Notes: generated by a model from the sequence alone, not told the origin. DNA of 64,000 bases from Alphaproteobacteria bacterium (GCA_965237415.1 CBDEFM010000002.1:1920001-1984000); one strand, 5' to 3'. Shown: positions 1-12,220, counted from the stretch's first letter. Numbers and translations are program-made.

Positions 1-1119
1 CCCGTCGTGGTCCGCCCCTCCTACGTGCTCGGCGGGCGCGCCATGGAGATCGTCAACGACAGCGAAGGGCTCAATCGTTACATGCGCGACGCCGCCGAGG
101 CCTTCGGCGACGGCCCGATCCTGCTCGATCGCTACCTCAAGGACGCAATCGAGGTCGACGTCGATGCGCTCGCCGACGGTGAGAACGTGGCCGTTGCCGG
201 AATCCTGGAGCACATCGAGGAGGCAGGCATCCACTCGGGCGATTCGGCCTGCGCGTTGCCGCCGCATTCGCTGGACGAAGAGACCGTGGACGAGATCCGC
301 CGCCAGACCATTGCGCTGGCCCGCGCGCTCGACGTCTGCGGCCTGATGAACGTGCAATACGCCGTGCAAGCCGGCACCGTCTATGTGCTGGAGGTCAACC
401 CGCGGGCGAGCCGCACCGTGCCCTTCGTCGCCAAGAGCATCGGCGCCCCCATCGCGAAGCTCGCGGCGCTCGCGATGGCAGGCGAGCGACTGCCCGAGGC
501 GATCCTGAACGGCGGCGCGGCGCCTCAGCATGTCGCGGTCAAGGAGGCGGTCTTCCCCTTTGCCCGCTTCCCCGGCGTGGACACGGTGCTGGGGCCGGAG
601 ATGAAGTCCACCGGCGAGGTCATGGGCATTGACCGCGACTTCGGCAGCGCCTTCGCCAAGGCGCAGATCGGCGCCGGCATGCACCTGCCGGTCTCGGGCC
701 GGGCCTTCGTCTCGGTGCGGGACGACGACAAGCCCGCCGCCGTGGCGATCGCCCGCAGCCTGGCCGAGCTCGGGTTCGATCTCGTCGCCACCAGCGGCAC
801 CCGCAGGGCGCTGGCGGAGGCCGGGATCGACGCTGCGCACGTCAACAGGGTGCAGCAGGGCCGCCCGCACATCGTCGATGCCATCAAGGACGGCACCATC
901 CAGCTCGTGGTCAACACCACGGAGGGCGCGCAGGAACGGCTGGCGAGCTATCGCCTGCGCCGCGCCGCGCTCGAACATCAGGTCCCCTACTTCACGACGC
1001 TCTCGGGCAGCCGCGCCATGATCCGCGGCGTCGAGGCGCTGAAGGGCGGCAGCCTTGATGTCGCCCCCCTCCAGTCCTATTCTCGGTCCAATCAGAACGT
1101 CGGCGGGAAACGCCGATAA
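1..1119 (+). CDS. carB: Carbamoyl-phosphate synthase large subunit, C-terminal part (5' end outside window)
   Basis: [48 protein letters not shown] and C-terminal MGS domain; followed by greA as typical in alphaproteobacteria. Confidence 0.97.
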   Translation, partial: PVVVRPSYVLGGRAMEIVNDSEGLNRYMRDAAEAFGDGPILLDRYLKDAIEVDVDALADGENVAVAGILEHIEEAGIHSGDSACALPPHSLDEETVDEIRRQTIALARALDVCGLMNVQYAVQAGTVYVLEVNPRASRTVPFVAKSIGAPIAKLAALAMAGERLPEAILNGGAAPQHVAVKEAVFPFARFPGVDTVLGPEMKSTGEVMGIDRDFGSAFAKAQIGAGMHLPVSGRAFVSVRDDDKPAAVAIARSLAELGFDLVATSGTRRALAEAGIDAAHVNRVQQGRPHIVDAIKDGTIQLVVNTTEGAQERLASYRLRRAALEHQVPYFTTLSGSRAMIRGVEALKGGSLDVAPLQSYSRSNQNVGGKRR

Positions 1120-1183
1120 GCGGAGATCATCGACAGGCTCGGGAGGGGACGCGCCCCGGCCGAGAGCGCGCGAAGGTCCGGCG

Positions 1184-1654
1184 ATGGACAGGCACTTGAT
1201 GACGCCCGAGGGGCACGAGCGCCTCAAGGGCGAGCTGCGCCGGCTCAAGGCCGAGAGGCCACGCATCGTGCGCGAGATCGCTGCCGCCCGGGAGCACGGC
1301 GATCTCTCGGAGAACGCCGAGTACCACGCCGCGAAGGACCGCCAGGGCCTCACCGAGGCGCGCATCCTGGAGCTCGAAGCCAAGATCGGCGGCGCGGAGG
1401 TGATCGATACCAGCACGCTCTCCGGCGACCGGGTGCAATTCGGCGCGACGGTCTCCATCGTCGATGAAGACACCGAGGCCGAGAGCACCTATCAGATCGT
1501 CGGCGCCGACGAGGCCGACGCCAGCGATGGCCGGCTCTCCATCACCTCGCCGTTGGCGCGGGCGCTGGTCGGCAGGTCGATCGGCGATTCCGTGGAGCTC
1601 GAGGCTCCGGGCGGCCGCCACACCTACGAAATCACCGCCGTCCTGTACGGCTGA
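1184..1654 (+). CDS. greA: Transcription elongation factor GreA
   Basis: MTPEG...[17 protein letters not shown]...[11 protein letters not shown]-type motifs; ATG at 1184. Confidence 0.96.
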   Translation: MDRHLMTPEGHERLKGELRRLKAERPRIVREIAAAREHGDLSENAEYHAAKDRQGLTEARILELEAKIGGAEVIDTSTLSGDRVQFGATVSIVDEDTEAESTYQIVGADEADASDGRLSITSPLARALVGRSIGDSVELEAPGGRHTYEITAVLYG

Positions 1655-1667
1655 TTCTGTATATTCC

Positions 1668-2663
1668 TCAGGCGTTGACGTCGACGACGACGCGGCCGCG
1701 CACGCCGCCGTCGAGGATGTCGTTGGCCCGTGCCACCACCTCATCGAGCGCCACCACCTCGGTCATCGCGTCGAGCGCATCGCGCGGCAGATCGCGCGCG
1801 AGCCGCTGCCAGGCCTCCCGGCGCGGCGCGGCCGGGCACATGACGGAATCGATGCCGATCAGGCTCACGCCCCGCAGGATGAAGGGCAAGACCGTGGTCT
1901 TGAGGCCGGGGCCGCCGGCGAGGCCGCAGGCCGCGACCGCGCCGCCGTAGCGGGTCTCGGCCAGGACGTGGGCCAGCATCGCGCCCCCCACCGAGTCGAC
2001 GGCGCCGGCCCAGTGCTCGGAGAGCAACGGCTTGTCAGGCGCTTCCGCCCGCTTGCCGCGGGGCAGCACCTCGCTCGCACCGAGGCCCGTGAGATAGTCG
2101 CGGCATTCGGGCCGGCCGGAGATGGCGACGGTCTCGTAGCCGAGGCGGGCGAGGAGCGCGACGGAAACGCTGCCCACGCCGCCCGCAGCACCGGTGACCG
2201 CGACAGGGCCCGCGCCCGCGGCGACGCCGGCGCGCTCCAGCGCGATGACGCAGAGCATCGCCGTGAAGCCTGCCGTGCCGATGGCCATCGCCCACTTCGT
2301 ATCGCAGCCTTCGGGCAACGGCTGCAGCATGCGCGCCGGCACCCGCGCCCGTTGGGCGAAGCCGCCCGGGTGCCGCTCGCCGACTCCCCAGCCGGTGAGC
2401 ACCACGGCCTGACCCGGCGCGAAGTCCGGCGACTCGCTACGCTCCACGGTGCCGGCGAAATCGATCCCGGCGGTCATCGGGGGCTTTCTGATGATCGGCG
2501 CGCGCCCGGTCAGCGCCAGGCCGTCCTTGTAGTTGAGGCACGAATAATCGACCCGCACCGTGACCTCGCCCTCCGGCAGATCGGCCTCGGTGAGTGTCCT
2601 GATGTCGGCCGCGACCCCGTCCTCTCGCCGATCGACGACGAGTGCTCTGTAACCGTCAGTCAT
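1668..2663 (-). CDS. acuI: MDR-family oxidoreductase YhdH/AcuI (acryloyl-CoA reductase)
   Basis: YSCLNYKDGLA, AIGTAGFTAMLC, VTGAAGGVGS, TTVLPFILRGVSLIGIDSV. Confidence 0.88.
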   Translation of the reverse strand: MTDGYRALVVDRREDGVAADIRTLTEADLPEGEVTVRVDYSCLNYKDGLALTGRAPIIRKPPMTAGIDFAGTVERSESPDFAPGQAVVLTGWGVGERHPGGFAQRARVPARMLQPLPEGCDTKWAMAIGTAGFTAMLCVIALERAGVAAGAGPVAVTGAAGGVGSVSVALLARLGYETVAISGRPECRDYLTGLGASEVLPRGKRAEAPDKPLLSEHWAGAVDSVGGAMLAHVLAETRYGGAVAACGLAGGPGLKTTVLPFILRGVSLIGIDSVMCPAAPRREAWQRLARDLPRDALDAMTEVVALDEVVARANDILDGGVRGRVVVDVNA

Positions 2664-2747
2664 TGCGCTTCCCGCCCCATTCTCAAGAACCTCGTCTCAT
2701 ATCCGCCTGAACCCAGTCAGGCAACCGTTGCGGGGATGCCACTCGTC

Positions 2748-2775
2748 TTGACAGGCGAAGCGCCGCGGCTAGAGT
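2748..2775 (+). promoter_or_regulatory. Putative sigma70 promoter of thrS
   Basis: TTGACA-16 nt-TAGAGT about 40 nt upstream of the thrS ATG. Confidence 0.5.
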
Positions 2776-2816
2776 GCCGCGACCTCGGGGGAAACTAGGG
2801 ATTTAACGCCGCCGCC

Positions 2817-4757
2817 ATGCCGACACTCTCGTTGCCGGACGGCGCGGCGCGCTCGTTCGACGCCCCCGTGACCGGCGCCGCCCTCGCGGCGTCCATCGGC
2901 CCCGGACTCGCCAAGGCGGCGCTCCTTGTCGAGGTCGATGGCGAGCTGCGCGATCTCTCCCGGCCGATCGAAGTCGACGCGGCCGTGCGTGTGATCACTG
3001 CACGCGATGAGGACGCGCTCGAGGTCCTGCGCCACGACACCGCGCACCTCCTGGCGGAGGCGGTCAAGGAGCTCTACCCCGACGTCCAGGTGACCATCGG
3101 CCCCGCCATCGAGGACGGCTTCTATTACGACTTCGCCCGCGACGAGCCCTTCACGCCCGCCGATCTCGAAAAGATCGAGGCGCGCATGGCCGAGATCAGG
3201 GCGCGCGACGAGACAGTCGAGCGCGAGGTGTGGACGCGCGACGACGCGGTCTCGCTGTTCGAGGGCATGGGCGAGCATTACAAGGCGGAGCTCATCGGGG
3301 CGATCCCGGCCGGCGAGCCTATCACGCTCTATCGGCAGGGCGGTTTCGTCGACCTCTGCCGTGGCCCCCACCTGCCGTCGACCGGCAGGGTCGGCGCCTT
3401 CAAGCTCCTCAAGGTCGCCGGCGCCTACTGGCGGGGCGACGCGCGGAACGAGATGCTCCAGCGCATCTACGGCACCGCCTGGCCGGACCAGAAGCAGCTC
3501 AAGGCTTATCTGCACCGGCTTGAGGAAGCCGAGAAGCGCGACCATCGGCGCCTCGGGCGCGAGATGGAGCTCTTCCACTTCCAGGAAGAGGCGCCGGGCG
3601 CGGCGTTCTGGCACCCGAAGGGATGGACCCTCTTCCGCGCGCTCGTCGACTACATGCGAGCGCGGCAGGATGCCGCCGGCTACGACGAGGTCAGCACGCC
3701 CGACATGATGGACAGCGTGCTCTGGGAGGCATCGGGCCATTGGCAGACCTTCCGCGAGCACATGTTCACCTCGCAGACCGAGGACGGCCGGCATTACGCG
3801 ATCAAGCCGATGAATTGCCCCGGCCACGTGCAGGTCTTCAAGCGCGGCATAAAGAGCTACCGCGACCTGCCGCTCAGAATCTCCGAGTTCGGCAAGGTCC
3901 ACCGCTACGAGCCGTCGGGCGCGCTGCATGGCCTGCTCCGGGTGCGCGCCTTCAGCCAGGACGACGCCCACATCTTCTGCACGCCTGAGCAGACCGAGGC
4001 GGAGTGCCGAGGCGTGACCGAGCTTTGTCTCGACGTCTACCGCGACTTCGGCTTCGAGGACGTGCAGATCAAGTTCGCCGACCGGCCGCCCAAGCGCATC
4101 GGCGCCGACGAGGTTTGGGACCAGCTGGAGGCGGCGCTCAAGGGCGCGTTGGAGAGCATGGGGATCGACTACAGCCACAATCCCGGCGAAGGCGCGTTCT
4201 ACGGGCCGAAGCTCGAGTTCGTGCTGCGCGACGCCATCGGGCGCGAGTGGCAGTGCGGCACGCTCCAGGTCGACCTCAACCTGCCGGAGCGCCTCGACGC
4301 AGGCTATATCGGCGAGGACGGCGTGCGGCACCGGCCTGTGATGCTGCACCGGGCGCTGTTCGGCTCGCTCGAGCGCTTCATCGGCATCCTGCTGGAACAT
4401 TACGGCGGCCACTTGCCGCTCTGGCTCTCGCCCACCCATGCCGTGGTAGCAACCATTACCGACCAGTCCATCGACTACGCAAAGACGGTGACCCGGCGGC
4501 TGCAGGGCGCCGGGCTTCGCGTCGATGCCGACCTCCGCAACGAGAAGATCGGCTACAAGGTGCGCGAGCACAGCGCGGCCAAGATCCCGCTGATCCTCGC
4601 CGTCGGCGCGCGGGAGGCCGAGCAGGGCACCGTCTCGGTGCGGCGGCTCGGATCCAGGGATCAAGAAATTCTTGCGCTGGACGAGGCCGTCACTACACTT
4701 TGCCGGCAAGCGGCCGGACCGCTCAGTCGGCGGGCCGCTCAGGAGGGAACGGGTTGA
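2817..4757 (+). CDS. thrS: Threonine--tRNA ligase
   Basis: TGS domain, [33 protein letters not shown]. Confidence 0.98.
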   Translation: MPTLSLPDGAARSFDAPVTGAALAASIGPGLAKAALLVEVDGELRDLSRPIEVDAAVRVITARDEDALEVLRHDTAHLLAEAVKELYPDVQVTIGPAIEDGFYYDFARDEPFTPADLEKIEARMAEIRARDETVEREVWTRDDAVSLFEGMGEHYKAELIGAIPAGEPITLYRQGGFVDLCRGPHLPSTGRVGAFKLLKVAGAYWRGDARNEMLQRIYGTAWPDQKQLKAYLHRLEEAEKRDHRRLGREMELFHFQEEAPGAAFWHPKGWTLFRALVDYMRARQDAAGYDEVSTPDMMDSVLWEASGHWQTFREHMFTSQTEDGRHYAIKPMNCPGHVQVFKRGIKSYRDLPLRISEFGKVHRYEPSGALHGLLRVRAFSQDDAHIFCTPEQTEAECRGVTELCLDVYRDFGFEDVQIKFADRPPKRIGADEVWDQLEAALKGALESMGIDYSHNPGEGAFYGPKLEFVLRDAIGREWQCGTLQVDLNLPERLDAGYIGEDGVRHRPVMLHRALFGSLERFIGILLEHYGGHLPLWLSPTHAVVATITDQSIDYAKTVTRRLQGAGLRVDADLRNEKIGYKVREHSAAKIPLILAVGAREAEQGTVSVRRLGSRDQEILALDEAVTTLCRQAAGPLSRRAAQEGTG

Positions 4758-4824
4758 CGAAGCGCCACACCGTCCATGACGATGCCGTCGGCCCGACAAG
4801 CGCCACGATGAAGGGAGGCGGAGA

Positions 4825-5361
4825 ATAGCGAGACATCCGGTCGCGACACCACCGACGCGTGAAGGACCGCGCGTCAATGATGATATTCAGGTGGCAAATG
4901 TCCGCCTCATCGATCAAAACGGAGGGCAGGTCGGCGTCGTCGCCGTTGAGCGTGCGTTGGAGCTCGCGGACGAGGTCGGGCTCGACCTGGTCGAGGTTGC
5001 ACCGGAGGCGGAGCCGCCGGTGTGCAAGCTCCTCGACTTCGGCAAGTACAAGTACGAGGCCCAGAAGAAGGCCAGCGAAGCCCGCAAGAAGCAAAAGACG
5101 ATCGAAATCAAGGAGGTCAAGTTCCGGCCTGGCATCAATGAGGCTGACTACGAGGTGAAGCTGCGCAACATCCGCCGGTTCCTCGACGAGGGCGACAAGG
5201 TCAAGGTGACCATGCGCTTCCGGGGACGCGAGATGGTGCACCAGAACATCGGCATGAACGTGCTCGCACGCGTGCGCGATGACCTCGGCGAGCTGGCGAA
5301 GGTCGAGCAGATGCCGAAGATGGAGGGCCGCCAGATGACCATGGTGATGGCCCGCAAGTAA
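4825..5361 (+). CDS. infC: Translation initiation factor IF-3 (non-canonical ATA start)
   Basis: IF-3 motifs LDLVEV..PPVCK..DFGKYKY, KEVKFRP, MRFRGRE; in-frame ATA at 4825 preceded by GGAGG gives N-terminus [21 protein letters not shown]. Confidence 0.95.
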   Translation: MARHPVATPPTREGPRVNDDIQVANVRLIDQNGGQVGVVAVERALELADEVGLDLVEVAPEAEPPVCKLLDFGKYKYEAQKKASEARKKQKTIEIKEVKFRPGINEADYEVKLRNIRRFLDEGDKVKVTMRFRGREMVHQNIGMNVLARVRDDLGELAKVEQMPKMEGRQMTMVMARK

Positions 5362-5383
5362 CCCCCGGGCGCCGCCCGAACGA

Positions 5384-5566
5384 CACCCACCTCTCCCTGT
5401 CCCTCTCCCCCTGAGGGGCGGAGAGGGGACGCAGGCGGCGATTGCGGAGGGTCCCCCTCTCCGCCCCCGAGCGCCGTAAGGCGCGAATGCCAAGCTCGCG
5501 GAGCGAGCGCCCGGCGCTTGAGGGAAATGAATTGCGCGGCGGAGAGGGCCGGGACGAGGTAGGGGG
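5384..5566. repeat. Inverted pair of CCCTCTCC...GGAGAGGG REP-like palindromes
   Basis: 5384-5430 cacccacctctccctgtccctctccccctgaggggcggagaggggac, and an oppositely oriented copy 5452-5566 (tccccctctccgccc...gcggagagggccgggacgaggtaggggg) with an insert in its loop. Confidence 0.65.
5471..5524 (+). repeat. Dispersed structured repeat family B, copy 1
   Basis: gcgcc-gtaa-ggcgc...gccaagctcgcggagcgagcgcccggcgcttgaggg is near-identical to 21598-21650. Confidence 0.75.
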
Positions 5567-5653
5567 TGCGCGCTGCCGCCGGCGACGATGAGACAATCCC
5601 GTGCCAACGCCAAAAGCCGGGAACAGTATTTCAAAGCAAGACACGACCCGCCC

Positions 5654-5682
5654 TTGAATCCTGCCGGCACAGCGAGTACAAC
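5654..5682 (+). promoter_or_regulatory. Putative sigma70 promoter of rpmI-rplT
   Basis: TTGAAT-17 nt-TACAAC. Confidence 0.45.
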
Positions 5683-5729
5683 GGCGCGCGCCCGGCACCC
5701 CCTTGTCCATCGAGAAACGCGAGACGCTT

Positions 5730-5927
5730 ATGTCCAAGCTCAAGTCCAAGAGCAGCGCCAAGAAGCGGTTCTCCGCCACGGGGCGCGGCAAGCTCCGCCG
5801 GCGTGCAGCCTTCCACCGGCACAATCTGACCAAGCGCACGAAGAAGGTGAAGCGCAACCAGCGCGGATCGCAGACGCTCTCCGCGTCGGATGCGGCGATC
5901 GTGCGGCCGTTCCTGCCCTATCTCTGA
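5730..5927 (+). CDS. rpmI: 50S ribosomal protein L35
   Basis: [21 protein letters not shown]...RHNLTKR. Confidence 0.96.
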   Translation: MSKLKSKSSAKKRFSATGRGKLRRRAAFHRHNLTKRTKKVKRNQRGSQTLSASDAAIVRPFLPYL

Positions 5928-5946
5928 GCGCGGCGGAGGACTCCTC

Positions 5947-6312
5947 ATGGCACGGATAAAGCGGGGCGTGACCACCCATGCCCGGCACAAGAAGGTGCTG
6001 AAAATGGCCCGCGGCTATCGCGGTCGCGGCCATTCCAGCTACCGCGTGGCCCTCCGCCGGGTCGAGAAGGCGCTGCAATACGCCTATCGCGACCGCCGCA
6101 CCCGCAAGCGCCGGTTCCGCGCACTGTGGATTCAGAGGATCAACGCCGCGGCCCGCGAGCACGGGCTCACCTATTCCCAGCTCATGCACGGTCTCGCGCT
6201 CGCCAAGGTGGACATCGACCGCAAGGTCTTGGCCGACCTCGCCGTGCGCGAGCCGGCGGCGTTTGCGGCCGTCGTCGAGCAGGCGCGGAGCGCGCACGGC
6301 GCGACCGGCTGA
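5947..6312 (+). CDS. rplT: 50S ribosomal protein L20
   Basis: MARIKRGVT...[25 protein letters not shown]; SD GGAGG. Confidence 0.97.
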   Translation: MARIKRGVTTHARHKKVLKMARGYRGRGHSSYRVALRRVEKALQYAYRDRRTRKRRFRALWIQRINAAAREHGLTYSQLMHGLALAKVDIDRKVLADLAVREPAAFAAVVEQARSAHGATG

Positions 6313-6355
6313 TCGGCCGCCGCGCCATCGGGGCTCGGCTGTCGGAGTAGGGTCC

Positions 6356-7432
6356 TTGGAAGACCTCCACGCCCTGGAAGAGCGGATGCTGGCCGGGATC
6401 GAGACGGCCGGCGACCTGCCCGCTTTGGAGCAGGCCCGCGTCGCGGCGCTCGGCAAGAAATCGCCGCTCACGCAAGCGATGAAGGGCCTCGGCGGGCTCG
6501 ATATCGACGCGCGCAAGGAGGCCGGCGCCCGGCTCAACCAGATCAAGCGCAGGCTCGCCGATGCCCTCGACGCGCGCCGCGCGGCACTGGAACGCACCGC
6601 CTTGGACCAGCGCCTTGCGACCGCGCGGGTGGATGTCACGCTGCCGCCCCGCCCCGAATGCGACGGCACCATTCACCCGATCAGCCAGGTGCTGGATGAG
6701 CTGATCGCGATTCTCGCCGACATGGGCTTCCGGGTCGTCGAAGGGCCCGACATCGAGGACGACTTCCATAATTTCACGGCGCTCAACATCCCGCCGGAGC
6801 ACCCGGCGCGCCAGATGCACGACACCTTCTATTTCGGCGCCGACGAGGGGGGAGAGCGTATGCTGCTCAGGACCCACACCTCGCCGGTGCAGATCAGGAC
6901 GATGCAGGCCGAGCCGCCGCCGCACCGGATCATCGCACCGGGCCGCACCTACCGCTGCGACTACGACATGACCCACACGCCCATGTTCCATCAGATCGAA
7001 GGGCTGGTGATCGACGAGAGCACCCATATGGGGCATCTCAAGGGCTGCCTGATCGATCTGGCGCGGGCGTTCTTCGAGGTGGAAGACCTGCCGGTGCGAT
7101 TCCGCCCGAGCTACTTCCCCTTCACCGAGCCGTCCGCCGAGATGGACATCGGCTGCTCGCGGGAGGGCGGAGGCCTGCGCATCGGCCACGGCGCCGACTG
7201 GATGGAGATCCTGGGCTGCGGCATGGTGCACCCGAAGGTGCTGGAGATCGTGGGGCTCGACCCCGCGCGCTACCAGGGCTTCGCCTTCGGCCTCGGAGTC
7301 GAGCGCCCGGCCATGCTGAAATACGGCATGCCCGACCTGCGCAGCTTCTTCGACGCCGACCTGCGCTGGCTGCGCCACTACGGCTTCGCGCCCTTCGACG
7401 TGCCGAGTCTGGCAGCGGGGCTGAGCGCGTGA
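6356..7432 (+). CDS. pheS: Phenylalanine--tRNA ligase alpha subunit (probable TTG start)
   Basis: [45 protein letters not shown]. Confidence 0.97.
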   Translation: MEDLHALEERMLAGIETAGDLPALEQARVAALGKKSPLTQAMKGLGGLDIDARKEAGARLNQIKRRLADALDARRAALERTALDQRLATARVDVTLPPRPECDGTIHPISQVLDELIAILADMGFRVVEGPDIEDDFHNFTALNIPPEHPARQMHDTFYFGADEGGERMLLRTHTSPVQIRTMQAEPPPHRIIAPGRTYRCDYDMTHTPMFHQIEGLVIDESTHMGHLKGCLIDLARAFFEVEDLPVRFRPSYFPFTEPSAEMDIGCSREGGGLRIGHGADWMEILGCGMVHPKVLEIVGLDPARYQGFAFGLGVERPAMLKYGMPDLRSFFDADLRWLRHYGFAPFDVPSLAAGLSA

Positions 7433-9837
7433 AGTTCACTCTCTCCTGGCTGAAGACGCATCTGGAGACGGATGCCCCGCTCGACGCCATTGCGGCGAAG
7501 CTCACCGCGATCGGGCTCGAGGTGGAGGAGGTCCGCCGCCCGGGCGATGAGCTCGCGGCCTTCACCGTGGCCCACGTGGTCGAGGCGAAGCAGCATCCGA
7601 ACGCCGACAAGCTCAGGCTCTGCGTGGTCGATACGGGCACGGAGCAGGTCGAGGTGGTGTGCGGCGCGCCCAACGCGCGGACCGGCATGAAGGGCGTCTT
7701 CGCCCCGCCCGGCACCACCATCCCCGGCACCGGCGTGGTCCTCAAGAAGGCGAAGATCCGGGGCGTCGAGAGCTGCGGGATGCTCTGCTCCGAGCGCGAG
7801 ATGGGGCTGAGCGACGAGCACGAAGGGATCATCGAGCTCGACCCCGAGGCCCCGGTGGGCGCGCCCTTCGCCCAGTTCATGGGCCTGGACGACCCGCTGT
7901 TCGATATCGCGATCACGCCCAACCGCGCCGATTGCCTCGGCGTCTACGGCATCGCCCGCGATCTCGCGGCGGCCGGCCTCGGCAGCCTCAAAACCGCCGA
8001 GATCGAGCCTATCGCCGGCGCCTTCAAGAGCCCCATCGACGTAACGCTCGATTTCCCCGGCGACGGGCCGAGCCCGTGCCCGCTCTTCCTCGGCCGCTAC
8101 GTGCGGGGTGTGCGCAACTGCGAGAGCCCCCGCTGGCTCAAGGACCGGCTCACCTCGGTCGGTCTGCGGCCGATCTCCGCCCTGGTCGACCTCACCAACT
8201 TCCTGACCATCGACCGCAGCCGCCCGGTGCACGTCTTCGACGCCGGCAAGGTGAAGGGCGACATCTGGCTCAGGCTCGGCAAGGGCATCGCGGCATTCGC
8301 CGCGCTCAATGGCAAGGATTACGTGCTCGACGACACGATGACCGGGATCGGCGACGAGAGCGGCGTGATCAGCCTCGCCGGGGTCATGGGGGGCGAGCCC
8401 ACGGGATGCACGATGGAGACGACGGATGTCTTCATCGAGATCGCGCTCTTCGACCCCGTTCGCACGGCTGCGACCGGGCGCGCGTTCAACCTCGAGAGCG
8501 ACGCCCGCTATCGCTTCGAGCGCGGGGTCGATCCGGCGTTCGCGGGGCCCGGCATGGAGCTCATGACCCGCCTCGTCATCGAGATCTGCGGCGGCAAAGC
8601 GAGCGAGGTCGTGGTCGCCGGCGCGGAACCCGCGTGGCGGCGCGAGATCGCCTTTCGCCCCTCCAGGGTCAAGGCGCTCGGCGGTGTCGACAGCGAGCGC
8701 TCGGAATCCCTCGGCATCCTCTCGGCTCTGGGTTTCGCCTGTGAGGAGAAGGACGCCGACCTGGTCTCGGTCGAGCCGCCGCCCTGGCGCGGGGACATCG
8801 TTGGAGAGGCGGACCTTGTCGAGGAGGTGCTGCGGATCGCGGGTTTCGATCAAATCCCCGCCGTCTCCCTCACCCCAACGGCGAGCGAGAGGGCGCGGCC
8901 GGCGCTCTCCCCCGCGCGCCGCCGGCTCGGCGCCATGCGCCGCTCGCTCACGGCGCGCGGCATGTTCGAGGCGGTGACCTGGTCCTTCATGCCCCGACAA
9001 TACGCGGCGCTCTTCGGCGGTGCGCCGGACGAGCTGGTGCTGGCGAACCCGATCAATGCCGAGCTCGACGCCATGCGCCCTTCGATCCTGCCCAATCTCA
9101 TCGAGGCCTGCCGGCGCAACGCGGATCGCGGCCTCGCGGACGCGGCGCTGTTCGAGACGGGCCCGGTCTACACCGGGACCGGGCCGGACGACCAGCGGAC
9201 GATCGTCGCCGGGGTGCGGGCGCAGGCGGCGGCTTCGCGCAACTGGCACGGGGCGGAGCGGCCGGTGGACCCGTTCGACGCCAAGGCCGATGCCCTCGCC
9301 GCCCTCAGTGCGGCCGGCGTGTCGCTCGGCAGCCTCCAGACCAGGGCGGAAGGGCCTGAGTGGTACCACCCCGGCCGGGTCGGCACGCTTGCGCTCGGAC
9401 GCACGGCATTGGCCTGTTTCGGCGAGCTGCATCCCGGCGTCCTCGCCGCGCTCGGGGCCGAGGGGCCGATGGTGGGCTTCGAGGTGATGGTGGACGCGCT
9501 GCCCATGCCCAAGGCGAAGGCGACGCGCGCCAGGCCGGCGCTCGTTGCCTCCGACTATCCGGCGGCCGAGCGCGACTTCGCGTTCATCCTCGACAGTGGG
9601 GTCCCCGCAGCGGAGGTCGAGCGCGCCGCCCGCAATGCCGAGAAGGCGCTGATCAAGGCGGTCACGGTGTTCGATGTCTACGCCGGCCCCGGCATCGAGG
9701 CGGACAAGAAATCGCTCGCGATCGCGGTTCGGCTCGAAGCGCAGGATCGCACGTTGACCGATCCGGAAATCGACGCGGCGGCCGCGAAGATCGTCGCCAA
9801 CGTGGCGAAGATCACCGGCGGCGTGCTGCGCGGCTGA
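7429..9837 (+). CDS. pheT: Phenylalanine--tRNA ligase beta subunit
   Basis: [41 protein letters not shown]-terminal FDX-ACB domain. Confidence 0.97.
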   Translation: MKFTLSWLKTHLETDAPLDAIAAKLTAIGLEVEEVRRPGDELAAFTVAHVVEAKQHPNADKLRLCVVDTGTEQVEVVCGAPNARTGMKGVFAPPGTTIPGTGVVLKKAKIRGVESCGMLCSEREMGLSDEHEGIIELDPEAPVGAPFAQFMGLDDPLFDIAITPNRADCLGVYGIARDLAAAGLGSLKTAEIEPIAGAFKSPIDVTLDFPGDGPSPCPLFLGRYVRGVRNCESPRWLKDRLTSVGLRPISALVDLTNFLTIDRSRPVHVFDAGKVKGDIWLRLGKGIAAFAALNGKDYVLDDTMTGIGDESGVISLAGVMGGEPTGCTMETTDVFIEIALFDPVRTAATGRAFNLESDARYRFERGVDPAFAGPGMELMTRLVIEICGGKASEVVVAGAEPAWRREIAFRPSRVKALGGVDSERSESLGILSALGFACEEKDADLVSVEPPPWRGDIVGEADLVEEVLRIAGFDQIPAVSLTPTASERARPALSPARRRLGAMRRSLTARGMFEAVTWSFMPRQYAALFGGAPDELVLANPINAELDAMRPSILPNLIEACRRNADRGLADAALFETGPVYTGTGPDDQRTIVAGVRAQAAASRNWHGAERPVDPFDAKADALAALSAAGVSLGSLQTRAEGPEWYHPGRVGTLALGRTALACFGELHPGVLAALGAEGPMVGFEVMVDALPMPKAKATRARPALVASDYPAAERDFAFILDSGVPAAEVERAARNAEKALIKAVTVFDVYAGPGIEADKKSLAIAVRLEAQDRTLTDPEIDAAAAKIVANVAKITGGVLRG

Positions 9838-9875
9838 CCGCGCTTGCGCTCGGGCAAAGGGTTCGGGCCGCTCCC

Positions 9876-11678
9876 ATGACCGACCTCGCACGCATCCGCA
9901 ACGTCGCGATCATCGCCCACATCGATCACGGCAAATCGACCCTCGCCGACCGGCTGATCGAGCGCTGCGGCGGCCTGCAGAAACGCGAGATGACCAGCCA
10001 GGTGCTCGATTCGATGGAGCTCGAGCGCGAGCGCGGCATCACGATCAAGGCGCAGACCGTACGCCTCGCCTATCGCGGCGCCGACGGCGCAGAGCATGTC
10101 ATCAATCTGGTGGATACCCCCGGCCACGTCGACTTCTCCTACGAGGTGAGCCGCTCTCTAGCCGCATGCGAGGGCTCGTTGCTGGTGGTCGACGCCACCC
10201 AGGGCGTGGAGGCGCAGACCCTCGCCAACGCCTATCAGGCGGTGGATCACGACCACGAGATCGTCCCGGTGCTCAACAAGATGGACCTCGCCTCGGCCGA
10301 GCCGGAGCGGGTGAAGCAACAGATCGAGGACGTCATCGGCATCGACGCGTCGGGCGCGGTGGAGGTCTCTGCCAAGACCGGGCTGGGCATCGAGACCGTG
10401 CTGGATGCGCTCATCGCCCGCCTGCCCGCGCCCGAGGGCGATGAGGACGCGCCGCTCTCGGCGCTGCTGGTGGATAGCTGGTACGACCCCTATCTCGGCG
10501 TGGTGATTCTGGTGCGCGTCATGCACGGCCGGCTCACGCCGCGCACGAAGATACGGATGATGGCGTCCGGCGCCGAGCACGAGGTCGAGCGGGTCGGCGT
10601 GTTCACGCCCAAGAAGACGCTGGTCGACAGCCTCGGACCGGGCGAGATCGGCTTCATCACCGCCGCCATCAAGGACGTGGGCGACTGCGACGTGGGCGAC
10701 ACGATCACCGCGGTCAGACGACCTGCGGCGGCGGCGCTGCCGGGGTTTCGGCCTAGCGTGCCGGTGGTCTTCTGCGGGCTTTTTCCGGTCGATTCGAACG
10801 ACTACGAGCGGCTGCGCGAGAGCCTCGCCAAGCTCCGCCTCAACGATTCGAGCTTCCATTACGATGCCGAGAGCTCGCCCGCTCTGGGTTTCGGCTTCCG
10901 CTGCGGCTTTCTCGGCCTGCTCCACCTGGAGATCGTGCAGGAGCGGCTGGAGCGCGAGTTCGGCCTCGACCTCGTGGCGACGGCGCCGAGCGTGGTCTAC
11001 CGCGTGACGCTGACCGACGGCCAGGATCTCTCCCTCCACAATCCGGCGGACATGCCGGACCCCACGCGGATCAAGAGGATCGACGAGCCCTGGATTCACG
11101 CCACGATCCTGGTCCCCGACGAGCATCTGGGCGGCGTGCTTGCGCTCTGCGAGGAGAAGCGGGGCGTGCAGCTAGACCTGACCTACGCCGGCAACCGGGC
11201 GATGGTGATCTACCGGCTGCCGCTCAACGAGGTGGTCTTCGATTTCAACGACCGCCTGAAGTCGGTCTCGCGCGGCTATGCGAGCTTCGACTACCGGCTC
11301 GAAGACTATCTGGAGAGCGACCTGGTCAAGCTCGCCATCATGATCAACGGCGAGCCCGTGGACGCGCTCGCGCTGATCGCCCACCGGAGCCAGGCCGAAT
11401 GGCGCGGCCGTGCGCTCTGCGTCCGCCTCAAGGAGTTGATCCCGCGCCAGCTCTTCAAAATCGCGATTCAGGCCGCGATCGGCGGCAAGGTCATCGCGCG
11501 CGAGACCGTAAGTCCGCTGCGCAAAGACGTGCTCGCGAAGTGCTACGGCGGCGACGTGACGCGCAAGCGCAAGCTCTTGGAGAAGCAAAAGAAGGGCAAG
11601 AAGCGCATGCGCCAGATCGGCAACGTCGAGATTCCGCAGGAGGCATTTCTCGCCGCGCTCAAGATCGGCGAGTCGTAG
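9876..11678 (+). CDS. lepA: Elongation factor 4 (LepA)
   Basis: [52 protein letters not shown]. Confidence 0.98.
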   Translation: MTDLARIRNVAIIAHIDHGKSTLADRLIERCGGLQKREMTSQVLDSMELERERGITIKAQTVRLAYRGADGAEHVINLVDTPGHVDFSYEVSRSLAACEGSLLVVDATQGVEAQTLANAYQAVDHDHEIVPVLNKMDLASAEPERVKQQIEDVIGIDASGAVEVSAKTGLGIETVLDALIARLPAPEGDEDAPLSALLVDSWYDPYLGVVILVRVMHGRLTPRTKIRMMASGAEHEVERVGVFTPKKTLVDSLGPGEIGFITAAIKDVGDCDVGDTITAVRRPAAAALPGFRPSVPVVFCGLFPVDSNDYERLRESLAKLRLNDSSFHYDAESSPALGFGFRCGFLGLLHLEIVQERLEREFGLDLVATAPSVVYRVTLTDGQDLSLHNPADMPDPTRIKRIDEPWIHATILVPDEHLGGVLALCEEKRGVQLDLTYAGNRAMVIYRLPLNEVVFDFNDRLKSVSRGYASFDYRLEDYLESDLVKLAIMINGEPVDALALIAHRSQAEWRGRALCVRLKELIPRQLFKIAIQAAIGGKVIARETVSPLRKDVLAKCYGGDVTRKRKLLEKQKKGKKRMRQIGNVEIPQEAFLAALKIGES

Positions 11679-11822
11679 AGCGAGTCCGTCTTCGACGGAC
11701 TCGCGATAGGCCGCGACTGCGGCCCGCCGCTCCTGCGGCGCCCTCGCGGAGGCGCCGGCCGCAGGCCGGCTGCCGTGAGCGACAAAAATTCTAAGCGTTG
11801 GCTTGTAGAACGGAGACGCTTT
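11676..11822 (+). repeat. Dispersed structured repeat family A (TAGAGCG-type, MITE/CIR-like), copy 1
   Basis: About 110 nt near-identical to 37117-37227; begins with the lepA TAG stop; right-hand palindrome is degenerate. Confidence 0.85.
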
Positions 11823-11835
11823 GGCCAGGCCCGCC

Positions 11836-12144
11836 CTATTGCCAGCGGGTACTACGGCGCCTGCGCCTCCCGAGCAGGAGCAGCAACGCCGCCGGGACCA
11901 GGGGGATCGCCCAGGCGGGCCCGCGCAGCACCGGCAGCACGATATCGGACCAGAGCCAGGGGGCGACGTTCTTCTCGATCAGGGCCTGGAAGCCGACGAG
12001 GCTGTTCCCGTCGAACATGAACCACAGCTCGCCGCCCGAAATCAGGCGGTAGCCGCCGGCGCCCACCGCGCTATAGACCTCGTGGCCGAACACGGCGAAG
12101 AAAATCAGCAGGAGCGCGACCCCGATTAAGCGAACGATCACCAT
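11836..12144 (-). CDS. Small hypothetical membrane protein (102 aa, two hydrophobic segments)
   Basis: MVIVRLIGVALLLIFFAVFG...SGGELWF..SLVGFQALIEK..PWLWSDIVLPVL..PAWAIPLVPAALLLLL; longer ORF start rejected because it overlaps tRNA-Ser. Confidence 0.7.
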   Translation of the reverse strand: MVIVRLIGVALLLIFFAVFGHEVYSAVGAGGYRLISGGELWFMFDGNSLVGFQALIEKNVAPWLWSDIVLPVLRGPAWAIPLVPAALLLLLGRRRRRSTRWQ

Positions 12145-12220
12145 ACGACTTCCCCTTTCCACCAATATGGTGCCTCGCGTATTGCAGCGCCAGACGTTGT
12201 TGCTATTGTTCCGCCGCCGC

